Shown here piece after piece: positions 19,477 through 31,756 of a stretch of DNA of 64,000 bases (the stretch's first letter is position 1; the number at the start of each line of letters is the position of its first letter). A program made the translations under genes and the position numbers. Location of the stretch: assembly GCA_963777955.1 (NCBI GenBank), contig CAVZSQ010000003.1, positions 64,001-128,000 on the forward strand. The letters run 5' to 3'. The DNA is from Calditrichia bacterium. Lineage in GTDB: Bacteria > Calditrichota > Calditrichia > JAJRVZ01. The notes beneath the pieces were generated by a model. It had not been told where the DNA came from, did no database searches, and saw only the letters and a list, made by a program, of their open reading frames with translations.

Positions 19477-22400
19477 ATGAAAGGATACAGAAATTATTTC
19501 TTCAATATTCTAATCTTGACCTTTATTATCACCCTGCCGGCATTTGCCGTAAATCTTAACCTGCTGAGCAATTCTAGTTTTGAGAAAAAATCATTGGAAA
19601 ATTGGACGGACTTTGATTCCAGCCGGTTTGAAATTTCCACGGTTGGTTTCCATTCCGGTAAACAGGCTCTGCTCTTTCACCCCCTGAAAGATGGGGCGGG
19701 AGTCGGTACTAATGTCGAGACGATCCTGAAGCCCGGATATAAGTATAGTTTTAGCGGCTGGTTCCGCAACCTGGAGGCAGGCTGGGGACAAATTGATGTG
19801 CTGGTCTTATACCGGCAGCAAGACTCAGTCAGGCAAATAGCAATTGGCCGGGCAGATTGTAATAAAGCGGACTGGACCAACATAACGGACGAGTTTTTAA
19901 TACCCGGGGAGGCAGAACAGGGCGGACTGCAGCTGGTGACTAAAACGGCCTGGGGACAAATAGCCTTTATCGTTGATGATCTGGAACTCCGACCGGCATT
20001 ACAAATTCAGTTTATCCGCCCTGCGGCGACAAGTGATGCTGACCTGTTGTTTCAACTTGGTGTACAAAGCCAGGCCCGCGCAAAACTAACAGCCGCGGTA
20101 GATATTTTCAACCAGCAGGATCAGTTACTGGAACATTTCACCCAGGCTCTGGGGGTCCCTGTTCATAAACCTTTAGCACCCGGATTTTACCGTATTGCTG
20201 CCGTGGTTTCAGATTCAGATAATCGTATTTTCAGGGATGAACGTATCTGCTATTTCGGAAATTTAGGAATCTTAACCGCTAACCTTGACGAGCAGATAAA
20301 TATAATTTTGTCATCCCGGGATTCAGAGCGCTATCATGGCTGGTTGCGTTATCTGCAATACCGGGTTTCAACCTACAAGCAGCAGGAGGGTGAAACAGCC
20401 GATCACACCCTGCAGGAACTTTTCCGACTGAACCGCTGGGTACAGGATATACGTACGAATCCTGGTATACTGAATACCCTGAGCGGTGTTCAGGAATGGG
20501 CTTACTTATCACGGGTAGATGAATCGGGGCAGCCCTTTAAACTGGCCATACCTGCCGGCTATGATTCCCAAAAAACCTACCCGCTGGTAGTGGTTATGCA
20601 CGGTTATGGCGGCAATCACCTGGAGTATTCCGGCGGTGTAAAGAGTAACCCTGATTATTTTGAACTCCATGTGTTAGGAAGAGCCCGGGGTGGCGGGTAC
20701 GTGGATCTATCGGAAGCCGATGTACTGGCAGCAGTGGAGTATGTGCAAAAAAACTGGAGTATAGATAAACAGCGGATCCATCTGACCGGTGCCAGCATGG
20801 GCGGCGGCGGTACTTTTCGTTTAGCATCGCGATATCCTGATAAGTGGGCCTCCGGGCGACCGGTATGCGGCTATGGATCAGAATTGCCGATACTCAATGC
20901 CGGTCATGTACCGATCTATTCCACTCATAGCCAGGATGATCCAAGTGTGCCGGTACTGGGTTCCAGGGCACCGCTACAAAAATTGATACAGGCCGGTGGA
21001 CAGGTCATTATAGATGAAACCAACGGATTACAGCATGCGGCCTGGAATTATAGCGAAGGTAATAACCGCGCTCTGCAGTGGATGTACGATCAGGTTTTAC
21101 CGGAATTCCGGGATGTTAAGCAAATTGAATATACTGCAGTCGATGGTCAGGCCTGCGGAGCGTACTGGCTTAAAGTTGCGGAATGGGGTGACCTTCCCGG
21201 TCCGGCATATTTCAAAGCAACAGCAGGCGTTCGTAACCAGTTGTATCTTAAACTGGAAAATATAAAAAGGTTACAGGTAGATATCACGAATTCTCCATTA
21301 AATCCAGAACAGGATTTGAAAATATCGGTTAATGGAAGTATACCTTTCAGGTTAACAGCTCCTCTGGCTGATACGGTATTTATCGCGAATGAAAATGGAA
21401 AATGGTCAGCTTTTGCGGAAAAACCTGTTCAGCCGGGAGTTGTTTTGCGCACGGCCGGTGGAGTGCATAATCTTTATCACAACGAACCGTTATTGATTGT
21501 TTATGGTACAAGTGGCGATGCGCAGACACAAAATCTGCTGGCCCGGGCCGCCGGCGCTGCCAGTAAAAGTCCCGGCCCGATGTGGGTGGGGGATCAGGGC
21601 GATATTAAAGAAGGCGTGCCCAATCATCAGTTACTGTACGGTCATTTAAAAATAAAAGCCGATACCCAGGTTACCCCGGCGGATTTAAAAAAATATAATC
21701 TGTTGCTGATCGGAACAGCGGAACAAAACAAAATCGTACAGCAAATGCAAAAGCAGTTACCGCTGCAATTCGGAAATGAAATCATCTGCTCAGACGGTGT
21801 TCGTCTGCCCGGGACTAACAGCATTATGGGATTGTATTATTATAATCCGCTGGCTGCAGATAAACTTATATATTGGGTGGCTGCGGATAATCCGGTTGAT
21901 TACAAACCGTATAATCTGCTGCTGCAACTTCAAAACGATAATCCGTGCGGAACGGATCTGCTGGTGGTGCGGGATAGTCCGTCCATGCTTATCAAGGTTC
22001 GCTCTTTTGACAGTCATTGGAATTGGAGTAATGCTTATATAAATTCCGCCAAAGTTGCCGCGGATGAAAATACCCTCGGGGATGTTTTTCGCCGGATTGC
22101 CGAATCTGTCAGGCAAGCCAGCGGATCCGATTTTTCCTTACAACAGATCCAGACTTCACCGGATTTTCAGGCCGGAGTACCCGGACTGACACAGTGGTCC
22201 GATTTCGCTGCGCTTTTTACAACGACACCGATAGCCATCGTGCAGATAAAAGAAAACCGTCTGCTAGCTTATCAGCAGGCTTCTATCCGAACGGGGATTA
22301 AACCTGCGTTTTTATCCGCTGGTGGACCGGAATATCGTACCTGACCGCACATACCAGGTTTCCTTGCCGGCATCGTACTATGAGATTCAGCAGCTGATCA

Positions 22401-22480
22401 ACCTTCAGCAATATGTTCCTGATTTCTTTAAGATCACGGACATGACCGTATTTGAAGCAATGCGGCAAATGTTATTTTAA
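19477..22480 (+). CDS. Multidomain secreted serine esterase/peptidase: CBM4/9-like domain + alpha/beta hydrolase + extra C-terminal domains (one +1 frameshift near 22282)
   Basis: Signal peptide; NLLSNSSFE..W..HSGKQAL..LKPGYKYSFSGW..VDD; YPLVVVMHG, nucleophile GASMGG, SQDDPSVP, GLQHAAW. Shifted frame continues ..FYPLVDRNIVPDRTYQVSL..RQMLF to TAA 22478-22480. Confidence 0.75.
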
Positions 22481-22537
22481 TTCTATTATGGGTGATGCTG
22501 GTCAAATAGTCATTGTTTTTAATGATTTTTGCTACAG

Positions 22538-22574
22538 AAAACGTCTGTAATTTAATTGACACAGACGTTTTTTT
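22538..22574 (+). terminator. Rho-independent terminator, near-copy of the one at 19349
   Basis: AAAACGTCTGT-AATTTAATTGAC-ACAGACGTTTT plus T run; differs from the 19349 copy at three consecutive bases. Confidence 0.82.
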
Positions 22575-22773
22575 ACTTTAAGCAATGAGTCTTTTAAAGG
22601 GCCAAATTAGCTATATTAGTCGCGTTACCCCTCACCCCAACGGCTGTTATAAGATCAAGACTGAAGATTATGACTTTAGCCTCACTATCCTCATATTTAT
22701 TAAAACCTTGCCGATTATATAGAAAAACGATTTTCAGATGCAGAGGATCAATTCTATAGGAATACTTTCATCC

Positions 22774-25700
22774 ATGGGGGAAATAAAAATACAACTGCGG
22801 CTAAAACTGCCTCTGCTGCTGCTGATTACTTTTATTCCATTCTGTAGACCTATCCGCCCAGAATATTACTTTTGAACACATATCGGCCCAGGAGGGCTTA
22901 TCCCAGGTTTCAGTAACCTGTATAAGTCAGGATCATGTCGGATTTCTATGGTTGGGCACCTATGATGGTTTGAACCGTTACGACGGATACAATTTTAAAG
23001 TCTTCAAGAAAGAGCCAAAGAATCCCAACAGTTTGAGTCATAACTTTGTTAAAAGCCTTCTGGTGGACAGGGAGGGGACCTTGTGGGTAGGTACGACGGG
23101 AGGGGGTTTAAATCGTTATGATGCTCAAACCGAACAATTCATTCACTATGGGCATGATCCTGCGAACTCCACCAGTCTCAGTCATGATGATATTCAGATT
23201 ATCCATGAAGATGCTGCCGGTACGATGTGGATCGGAACCTGGGGAGGGGGCTTAAACAAAGTAGTTAAAAATCGGAATCAGGATGAAAATAACGGCGTCA
23301 GTGAAGGCGTGGTTTTTGTGCACTATCGTCATGATCCGCAAGATCCGCAAAGTCTGATCAGTGATAAAATCGCCGCCATTCAGGAAGATCAGGATGGAAT
23401 ATTGTGGATTGGTACACGTGTTGGTATCAGCCTGTTCGATCCCAGGACCGCTCAGGTTATCCGCAGTTACCAGCATGATCCCCGCAATCCGCATAGTCTG
23501 AGCAATGATAATGTTTCGGCATTAAGCAAGGACCGGGCTGGCAATATGTGGATCGGGACCTGGGGCGGGGGACTGAATAAATTTGATCCGCTGGATAAAC
23601 AGTTTTATCACTATAACCACGATCCGAAAGATCCTAAAAGCATCAATTACGATACGATCATGAAACTGCTTACCGACCGGGCGGGGAATCTATGGATCGG
23701 GACCTGGGGCGGGGGTGTAAATAAACTTGCCTGGAAAGATAGATCTGTTTCCGGTACTGCCGGACACGAAAAATTCATTCGCTATCAACTGCGGCCAGAT
23801 GATTCACAAAGCCTCAGCGGTAATTCCGTGTATGATATCTTCGAAGACGTTTCCGGTGTCTTCTGGATCGGTGTTGAATCTAAAGGATTAAATAAATACG
23901 ATCCGGAGCTTTTGAAATTTGCTCATTGTCTGTCTGATCCTGAAGTTTCAAACCGGTTGACCGACAAGATAGTATATGCGATATATAAAGATCAGCAGAA
24001 TGTGCTTTGGATCGGAACCAGGATCGGCGGATTAAATGTTTTTAATCTGAATAACAAGGAGTATCTGAATTTTGTATATGACCCCGCTGATCCCTGGAGC
24101 ATCAGCAATAATGCTGTTCGTACAGTTTTTGAAGACAGGGCAGGAAACCTGTGGCTTGGTACTGAAGCGGGATTGAATCAATATAACCGGACCACCAAAA
24201 AATTTCATCGTTATTATACTAATCCGGCGGATCCAAGTGCAACTAACGTTTATACGATTCATGAAGATCCCGAAGGGTATCTGTGGATAGGCACCTGGGG
24301 CGGTGGTCTTTCCAGATTTGATCCCCTTACTGAAACATTTACTACCTACCGGCACGATCCTGATGATCCCAGCAGTATAAGCGATAATATCATCTGGTGT
24401 ATTGTCCAGGACAGTTACGGGCGAATGTGGATAGGAACGGATAAAGGGGGATTAAACAGATACGATAAAAAGAATAATAAATTTTTTCATTACATTCATG
24501 ATCCGAATAATCCCAATAGTCTCAGTGATAATAAAATCCTGTCTATGTTATGTGCAGCGGACGGTGATCTCTGGCTGGGTACCACCACTGGTCTGAATCA
24601 ATTAATGTTCGGTGATGATCCTGAAGCCCCGCCTAATTTTAAAATTTATTTAGATTCGGACGGGCTGTTCAGTAATACAATTCAATCTATAGTCCAGGAT
24701 GAAAAAGGGGATCTATGGATAAGCAACGGAGATTATCTCAGCGTCTTGAATTTGAAGACTCATGAAATTAAAGGTTTTAATTCATATGATAAACTGAAGG
24801 TGGGCGAACTTTGCGTTAATGCTGCTTATAAAGACAGAAAAAACGGAAAAATTTACCTTGGGGGTGTTAACGGTTTTACGGTTTTTCATCCGGACAGTAT
24901 TCTGAGTAACTTGATCATACCGTCGGTTGTCATTACCGATTTTAGAATCTTCAATAAATCGGTACCGATTGCCAGAAAGACCAATGGTCATCTGGTTTTG
25001 CAAAAATCTATAACCGAATCAAAGAGCATTGAGCTGCCATATGATTTTAATGTGTTTTCGATCGAATTTTCGGCCTTGCATTTTAATTCACCTAAAAATA
25101 ATAAATATGCCTATAAATTGGAAAAGTTTGAAAAAGACTGGAATTATGTCAGTTCCCGTCAAAGAACAGACTACCTATACAAATCTGGATCCCGGTCAAT
25201 ACACTTTTCGGGTCAAGGCCTCGAATAACGATGGATTATGGAATAATGAAGGGCGTTCATTGGAAATTATTATCAGGTCCCCTTACTGGCAGACCTGGTG
25301 GTTCAGGGTAATAGTCCTGCTGGCATTATTTTCATTCATATACCTGGCTTACCAGTTCAGAACCCGGCAGATGCGCAAGCGGAACAGGGAATTAGCCGGT
25401 ATCAACATCAGATTAAGTCAGGAAATTGAGGATCGGCAAAGGGCCGAGAAGAAAATACAGAGAATGAATATGGAGTTGGAACAGCGCGTGCGGGAACGCA
25501 CCACCGAACTGGAGGTATCTAACCGTGAACTGGAATCGTTTGCCTATTCGGTTTCACACGATTTACGTGCACCGCTGAGGGGTATACAAGGTTTCAGTCA
25601 TGCCATTCTGGAAGACTATAAAGAGAAATTGGGTCCGCAGGGCAAGGATTATCTGCGACGTATCAACGAAGCGACCGGTAACATGTCTCAACTTATCGAT

Positions 25701-26177
25701 GATCTGCTGAAACTATCGCGGATAACCCGGGGCAGCATAACCAAAGAGCGGATTGATCTGAGCAGGATTGCGGAAAATATAATTAACCGGTATAAACAGG
25801 AGGAACCGCAGCGGAAAGTCAAATTTGTCATAGCGGAAGGATTAAGTGCCGACGGCGATGCGAATTTGCTGAGGGTGGCGCTGGAGAATCTGTTGCACAA
25901 TGCCTGGAAGTTTACTTCAAAAAAAGAAAATACAAAGATCGAGTTTGGTCAGGAACAAGGCCAGGACGGGGTTATCTTTTTTATCAGAGATAATGGTATT
26001 GGTTTTGATATGAAATACAGGTCAAAACTTTTTGAGCCCTTTCAGCGGTTGCAGACGGAATATCTGGGTATGGGTATCGGCTTAGCCACGGTTGAACGGA
26101 TCATTAACCGTCACGGCGGACGCATCTGGGCTGAGGGCAAGGTAGATGAAGGTGCGGTTTTTTATTTTAGTTTATAA
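22774..26177 (+). CDS. Sensor histidine kinase: double beta-propeller (Reg_prop) + Y_Y_Y + TM + HisKA + HATPase_c (+1 frameshifts near 22842 and 25168)
   Basis: Leader then LSAQNITFEHIS..GLSQ upstream of ORF 22952; many LS.N.V..I.ED..G.LWIGT.GGGLN repeats; YTNLDPGQYTFRVKASN; H-box FAYSVSHDLRAPLR; NLLHNAWKF; DNGIGF. Start could also be ATG 22738. Confidence 0.85.
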
Positions 26178-26185
26178 GGTCTAGA

Positions 26186-29100
26186 GTGGGTATTGGTATA
26201 ATGAAGGTCGGAGTTAACCAGCGGATAGTTTACAGGATAAACGGGCCGATTATGCTCAGCCTGATGTTTCTGTTAATATTTTCAGGTATTTCAGCAGGCC
26301 TTACCGCGGGTGAAGAAAATAAGTCATCTGATTCAAGAATCTCGGCCCTGTTTTATAAGCAATTGCATCAATATGAATTTGAACATATAACTGCCGAGGA
26401 TGGACTTTCGCACAACAGCGTCAATACGATTCTGCAGGACCGGGAAGGGTACATGTGGTTTGGTACCTATGGCGGTTTGAACCGCTATGACGGATATAAC
26501 TTTGCCATTTATCAACAGGATCCAACAGATTCGTTGAGCATCAGCAACAGGGCTGTATCAGTAATTCTTGAAGACAGCCGGGGTGATCTCTGGGTCGGTA
26601 CGGTAGGGGGTGGATTGAATAAATTCAACCGTAAATACGAAAATTTCACCCGCTATAAAGATGAGCTGGATCTAACCGGTTCTAATTTAAACCTGCTGGT
26701 CAGCAGTATTTGTGAAGATGATTCGGGGATGCTCTGGGTCTCGACTTATGACGGGCTTAATGTTTTTGATTCCAGAAAGGATAAATATGTACGGCTTTAT
26801 CGCCGGGATTCTCAGGATAGTCTCAGCATAGGTAACAGTTATGTCGGCAATGTTTTTAAAGACAGGTTTGGATCTATCTATATCGGTACCAATAACGATC
26901 AGGGGAATTCAGGTTTGTCACGGTATAACCGGCTGCAGGATAATTTTATTCAATATGCCAATGTAGCTAAGGCCGGATATATTATAACCATTTTCGAAGA
27001 CAGCGAGGGTAATTTCTGGCTGGGCAGTCAAAATGATGGATTAACCAAAGTAAATTTCAATACTAATGAAATGGTCAATTATCGTCATCGTTCAGGTGAT
27101 CCGACAAGTCTGAGCCATAATTATGTCAGGTGTTTGTATGAAGACGATTATGGAAATCTATGGATAGGTACTTACGGAGGGGGGATCAATATTTTAAACA
27201 GGAAAGATGGAAGTATTGTACACCTGCTTCATGAAGATGATAATCCCAAGAGTCTGAGTAACAATTTTGTACAATGTATCTATGAGGATAAATCGGGCAT
27301 ATTGTGGATCGGTACGGATGGTGGAGGAATAAATAAAATCGATTTGCAGAGAAAGAAATTTGTGATGTTTCAAAATATGCCCGGTAAACCACAGCAAAAA
27401 CTTAATCAGATCCGATCGCTGAAAGTGGATGGTCGGGGGATTTGGTGGATTAGTTCCTATGGCTCAGGTTTGATTCGTTATGATCCTCGCAGCGGGGATT
27501 ACAAACTGTTCAGCCATGATCCTGCCGATCCGGGCAGCATCTCCTCCAATTTAATCAGCTGTTTATACATCGATAAGAAAAACGAAATATGGATCGGTAC
27601 CAACGGTGACGGTCTGATACAGTTTAGTCCGCTAAATGATAAATTTGTCGTTTATAAAAATTATAATAACGATCCGGCCGGAATTATCAGGAATAATTAT
27701 GTGAATTGCATTTATGAGGACCGGCAGGGGAATTTATGGATCGGCTCCTGGAATGGTTTAACCAAATGGAGGGCGGAGGCGAGACAAAATACGGCGGTTA
27801 AACCGATTCACTATTTACCAAGTTTATCCGATTCAGCCAGCATAAGTTCTGAAATTGTTATAGCTATTTTCGAAGACAGGGCCGGTACTATGTGGATTGG
27901 CACAAAAGGGGGTGGTTTAAATCAAATCATTCCGGGGGATACACTTGATCGATTTATTCATTATAAGAATGATCCGTCAAATCCAAATAGTATAAGCCAT
28001 GATGAGGTCTTTTTTATCTATGAGGATAAGGAAGCCAATATATGGATCGGTACTAATGGCGGCGGATTGAATAAATTTGACCGTGAAAGCAAAATTTTTA
28101 CTTCTTACAAATTCAAAGAACGGATAGAATTAAATGTACATTTGAGTATTCTGGAGGATAATCAGGGTAATTTATGGATTGGTACCGAAGGATTATTAAA
28201 ATTTTCTCCGTTGACGGAAAAATTCTGGCATTTTGATTACCGTGATGGTCTGATAAAAAACTTATACTCGCAGGATGCCTGTTGCAAGGTAGCAGATGGT
28301 GATTTGATTTTTTGCGGATTAGACGGAATTACCGTTTTTAATCCGGAGGAAATCAGCAATAATACCTACCGTCCTAAAAAAACCGTAATAACAGATTTCC
28401 GGTTATATAATAAATCCATAGCCATAGGGCAACAGCTGGCTGGTGCTGTAATTTTAAAAAATAGTATTTCGGAAACAGCAGAAATTGAACTTTCTTACCG
28501 GGATGAAGTATTTACCCTGGAATTTTCCGCGCTTCATTTCGCTGATCCCAGGAAAAATTTATATGCCTATAAAATGGACGGTTTTGATAAAGACTGGGTC
28601 TATACCGATGCCCAACGACGATATGCCACTTACACCAGTTTGAGTCCGGCCACATATTTTTTCCAGGTGAAAGGTTCGAATAATGACGGCTTATGGGATG
28701 AAGAGGGTACTACGCTGAAAATTATCATCCGGCCGCCCTTCTGGCAGGCCTGGTGGTTTAGATTTTTACTGTTCATATTCGTTTCGTCCCTGATTCTTTT
28801 AATTTACAGGATCAGAACCTATCAGATCATGAAACGAAACCGTGAACTGGCAGAGATTAATATTAAGTTGAATAAGGAAATCGCGGAAAAGCATCGCGCC
28901 GAGAAAAAGATTCAGAAAATGAATGAAGAACTGGAACAACGAGTCAAAGACCGCACCGCTGAACTGCAGATTTCCAATCAGGAATTGGAAGCCTTTGCCT
29001 ATTCAGTTTCGCACGACCTGCGTGCACCAATCCGCGCTATCGATGGTTTTACCCGCCTGCTGGAAGATGATTATAAAAACCGCTTTAATGATGACGGGAT

Positions 29101-29662
29101 TCGGTTGTTAGGCATAGTGCGCAGTGAAGCCGGACGGATGGGGCAATTGATCGATGCCCTATTAAGGTTTTCGCGAATGAGCCGGCAACCCCTGAAAAAG
29201 TTCAGGATCGATATGACCAATCTGGCCCGCGAGGTATTCAGTCAGGTTAGTCTGGAAACACAGAATCACAAGATTAAATTTGATTTGTCTCCCTTACCTG
29301 ATGTTGAAGCCGATGGAGTTTTGATGCGCCAGTTGTGGATCAATCTTTTTGATAATGCTTTCAAGTTTACCAGGTTGCGTAAACAGGCCAAACTGGAGGT
29401 AAGCGGTTCAATACAGGGTGGAGAAGTATTGTATGTTGTTGCCGATAATGGCATTGGTTTTGATATGAAATACATCAATAAATTATTTGGTGTCTTTCAG
29501 CGTTTGCATACACAGGAACAATTTGAAGGGACAGGGGTGGGATTAGCGCTGGTACAGCGTATTATACACCGGCATGGCGGACGTATCTGGGCAGAAAGCG
29601 CAGTGGACCAGGGAGCCAAATTTTTCTTTACTCTGCCTTATCGGAAGGAGACATTTGAATGA
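26186..29662 (+). CDS. Sensor histidine kinase: Reg_prop propellers + Y_Y_Y + TM + HisKA + HATPase_c
   Basis: Same repeat architecture; PPFWQAWWF TM entry; SHDLRAP; NLFDNAFKF; DNGIGFDM; FQRLH; GTGVGL. Confidence 0.92.
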   Translation: MGIGIMKVGVNQRIVYRINGPIMLSLMFLLIFSGISAGLTAGEENKSSDSRISALFYKQLHQYEFEHITAEDGLSHNSVNTILQDREGYMWFGTYGGLNRYDGYNFAIYQQDPTDSLSISNRAVSVILEDSRGDLWVGTVGGGLNKFNRKYENFTRYKDELDLTGSNLNLLVSSICEDDSGMLWVSTYDGLNVFDSRKDKYVRLYRRDSQDSLSIGNSYVGNVFKDRFGSIYIGTNNDQGNSGLSRYNRLQDNFIQYANVAKAGYIITIFEDSEGNFWLGSQNDGLTKVNFNTNEMVNYRHRSGDPTSLSHNYVRCLYEDDYGNLWIGTYGGGINILNRKDGSIVHLLHEDDNPKSLSNNFVQCIYEDKSGILWIGTDGGGINKIDLQRKKFVMFQNMPGKPQQKLNQIRSLKVDGRGIWWISSYGSGLIRYDPRSGDYKLFSHDPADPGSISSNLISCLYIDKKNEIWIGTNGDGLIQFSPLNDKFVVYKNYNNDPAGIIRNNYVNCIYEDRQGNLWIGSWNGLTKWRAEARQNTAVKPIHYLPSLSDSASISSEIVIAIFEDRAGTMWIGTKGGGLNQIIPGDTLDRFIHYKNDPSNPNSISHDEVFFIYEDKEANIWIGTNGGGLNKFDRESKIFTSYKFKERIELNVHLSILEDNQGNLWIGTEGLLKFSPLTEKFWHFDYRDGLIKNLYSQDACCKVADGDLIFCGLDGITVFNPEEISNNTYRPKKTVITDFRLYNKSIAIGQQLAGAVILKNSISETAEIELSYRDEVFTLEFSALHFADPRKNLYAYKMDGFDKDWVYTDAQRRYATYTSLSPATYFFQVKGSNNDGLWDEEGTTLKIIIRPPFWQAWWFRFLLFIFVSSLILLIYRIRTYQIMKRNRELAEINIKLNKEIAEKHRAEKKIQKMNEELEQRVKDRTAELQISNQELEAFAYSVSHDLRAPIRAIDGFTRLLEDDYKNRFNDDGIRLLGIVRSEAGRMGQLIDALLRFSRMSRQPLKKFRIDMTNLAREVFSQVSLETQNHKIKFDLSPLPDVEADGVLMRQLWINLFDNAFKFTRLRKQAKLEVSGSIQGGEVLYVVADNGIGFDMKYINKLFGVFQRLHTQEQFEGTGVGLALVQRIIHRHGGRIWAESAVDQGAKFFFTLPYRKETFE

Positions 29663-30147
29663 GAAAGATTATACGGAAGCAGAAAGAAATCCGGATAATC
29701 GATATTTTAATGATTGAAGATAATCCCTATGATGCTGAATTAACCCAGCTGGCCTTTAAAAAATATCATCTGGCTGATCGGATGGCCTGGGTGAAAGATG
29801 GTGCGGCGGCATTGGAGTTCATTTTTGGATCGGCCACAGACAATGCGGAGCCTGTCGGCTTAATGCCGTCGCTGATCCTGCTTGATTTAAAATTACCCAA
29901 GGTAGACGGACATGAGGTCTTATGCCGGTTAAAAGAGGATCCCCGTACACGCGCTATACCGATTGTGATATTGACTTCTTCACGGGAGGAATCTGATATT
30001 ATCGATGCCTATAAGTCAGGTGTAAACAGTTATATTGTCAAACCGGTGGACTTTGAGAAATTTAATATGGCAGTACAACAGGTAGGCCTGTATTGGTTAT
30101 TACTCAATCAGCTGCCTGAAAAAACTTCCCGCCTGAATGAGGTATAA
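29659..30147 (+). CDS. Single-domain response regulator (Rcp1-like)
   Basis: ILMIEDNPYDAEL, LILLDLKLPKVDG, LTSS.EE.D..AY..GVNSYIVKPVDF, W near C-terminus; overlaps the kinase stop. Confidence 0.92.
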   Translation: MRKIIRKQKEIRIIDILMIEDNPYDAELTQLAFKKYHLADRMAWVKDGAAALEFIFGSATDNAEPVGLMPSLILLDLKLPKVDGHEVLCRLKEDPRTRAIPIVILTSSREESDIIDAYKSGVNSYIVKPVDFEKFNMAVQQVGLYWLLLNQLPEKTSRLNEV

Positions 30148-30150
30148 ACA

Positions 30151-31746
30151 ATGACCACGCTGAACACAGCACAGTCCGGAGCTTCAGGGAAAAAGCTGGA
30201 GGTTTTGATCATCGAAGATTCGGTAATCGATGCAGAGTTAATGGTTCATGAATTAACCCGTTGCGGTTATGATGTTTCATGGTGTCGTGTGGATTCGGCA
30301 GCCGCGCTGCAATCTGTTTTAATGAACCGCACCTGGGATGTCGTGCTGTCGGATTATGTCTTACCCTCTTTCAGTGGCCTGGAGGCCTTGAATATTATCA
30401 AAACCAGCGGTCTTGATCTGCCTTTTATCCTGATTTCCGGCACTATCGGTGAAGAAATTGCGGTTGAAGCCATGCATAGTGGCGCCGATGATTATCTGCT
30501 TAAAGATCGTCTGGCCCGGTTGGGTCCCGCAGTTGAACGGCAATTACGCGAGGTGGAATCCAGGCAGGCCCGCAGACGTGCAGAAGAGGAAAATGAAAAT
30601 TTATTGGCTCAACTTTTACAGGCACAAAAGATGGAAGCCGTAGGACGTCTGGCCGGTGGAGTCGCACACGATTTTAACAACAATCTGAGTATTATCATCG
30701 GTTATGTTGAATTAGCCCGGAATAAACTGAGCCGTAACGATCCTCTCCTGTTTGATCTTGAAGAAATACTCAAAGCGGCCCGGCGCTCGGCAGAGCTTAC
30801 ACGGCATTTGCTGGCATTTTCCCGGCGGCAAATTATAGAACCAAAAGTTATCGACCTTAATAAAATTATCGGTGATAGTAAAAAGATGATTAGTCGCCTG
30901 TTAGGCGAGGACATCGAATGTAACTTTATTCCGCAAGAGGATCTCTGGCTGGTCAGGATAGATCCGGCTCAGGTTGATCAAATCATGACTAACCTGGCGA
31001 TCAATGCCCGTGATGCCATGCCCGCTGGTGGTAAACTCACCATCAGGACGGATAATTTAACTTACGCTGAAAGTATCTACCGGAAGCAAAAAGGATTTAC
31101 GCCGGGTGACTATGTACGATTGACTATCAGTGATACCGGTTGTGGTATGGAGAAAGATGTGCTGGAGCATATCTTTGAACCGTTTTTTACAACCAAAGAT
31201 CCCGGCAAAGGTACCGGTCTTGGACTTTCCACGGTTTATGGTATTGTCAAACAGAACAACGGATTTATTGATGTCCATAGCGAATCAGATGCCGGCACTA
31301 CGTTCAACATCTATCTGTCGCGAAATCAGGGCCCGCTTGAAAAAGCAGAGGAAAAAGAAATCAGTATGCCGGTCAGTGGCAGCGAAACGGTTTTGCTGGT
31401 AGAAGACGAAGAACAAATACTGGCCATCGGAGAAATTTTTCTAAAAAGGCATGGTTATAAGGTTCTGACGGCCAATCATCCTGACCAAGCGCTTAAAGTC
31501 TGTGAAAAATACCCGGAGCAGATTCACCTGCTGATTACCGACGTGGTCATGCCGGCCATGAACGGCCAGGAATTGAAGGACAGGATTGAAAAAATGAGAC
31601 CAGGAATTAAAGTGCTTTTTATGTCCGGATATATGGCGGATACCATGATGTATCGGCACCTGCATGACCACGGCGAAGCCTTCATTCAAAAACCTTTTAT
31701 GATGAATGATTTTATCAAAAAAGTAAAAGATGTTCTTGAACAATAA
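30151..31746 (+). CDS. Cytoplasmic hybrid kinase REC-HisKA-HATPase-REC (CckA-like)
   Basis: N-terminal REC (IEDS..VLSDY), [42 protein letters not shown]-terminal REC ([20 protein letters not shown]). Confidence 0.92.
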   Translation: MTTLNTAQSGASGKKLEVLIIEDSVIDAELMVHELTRCGYDVSWCRVDSAAALQSVLMNRTWDVVLSDYVLPSFSGLEALNIIKTSGLDLPFILISGTIGEEIAVEAMHSGADDYLLKDRLARLGPAVERQLREVESRQARRRAEEENENLLAQLLQAQKMEAVGRLAGGVAHDFNNNLSIIIGYVELARNKLSRNDPLLFDLEEILKAARRSAELTRHLLAFSRRQIIEPKVIDLNKIIGDSKKMISRLLGEDIECNFIPQEDLWLVRIDPAQVDQIMTNLAINARDAMPAGGKLTIRTDNLTYAESIYRKQKGFTPGDYVRLTISDTGCGMEKDVLEHIFEPFFTTKDPGKGTGLGLSTVYGIVKQNNGFIDVHSESDAGTTFNIYLSRNQGPLEKAEEKEISMPVSGSETVLLVEDEEQILAIGEIFLKRHGYKVLTANHPDQALKVCEKYPEQIHLLITDVVMPAMNGQELKDRIEKMRPGIKVLFMSGYMADTMMYRHLHDHGEAFIQKPFMMNDFIKKVKDVLEQ

Positions 31747-31756
31747 ATGACTTTAA

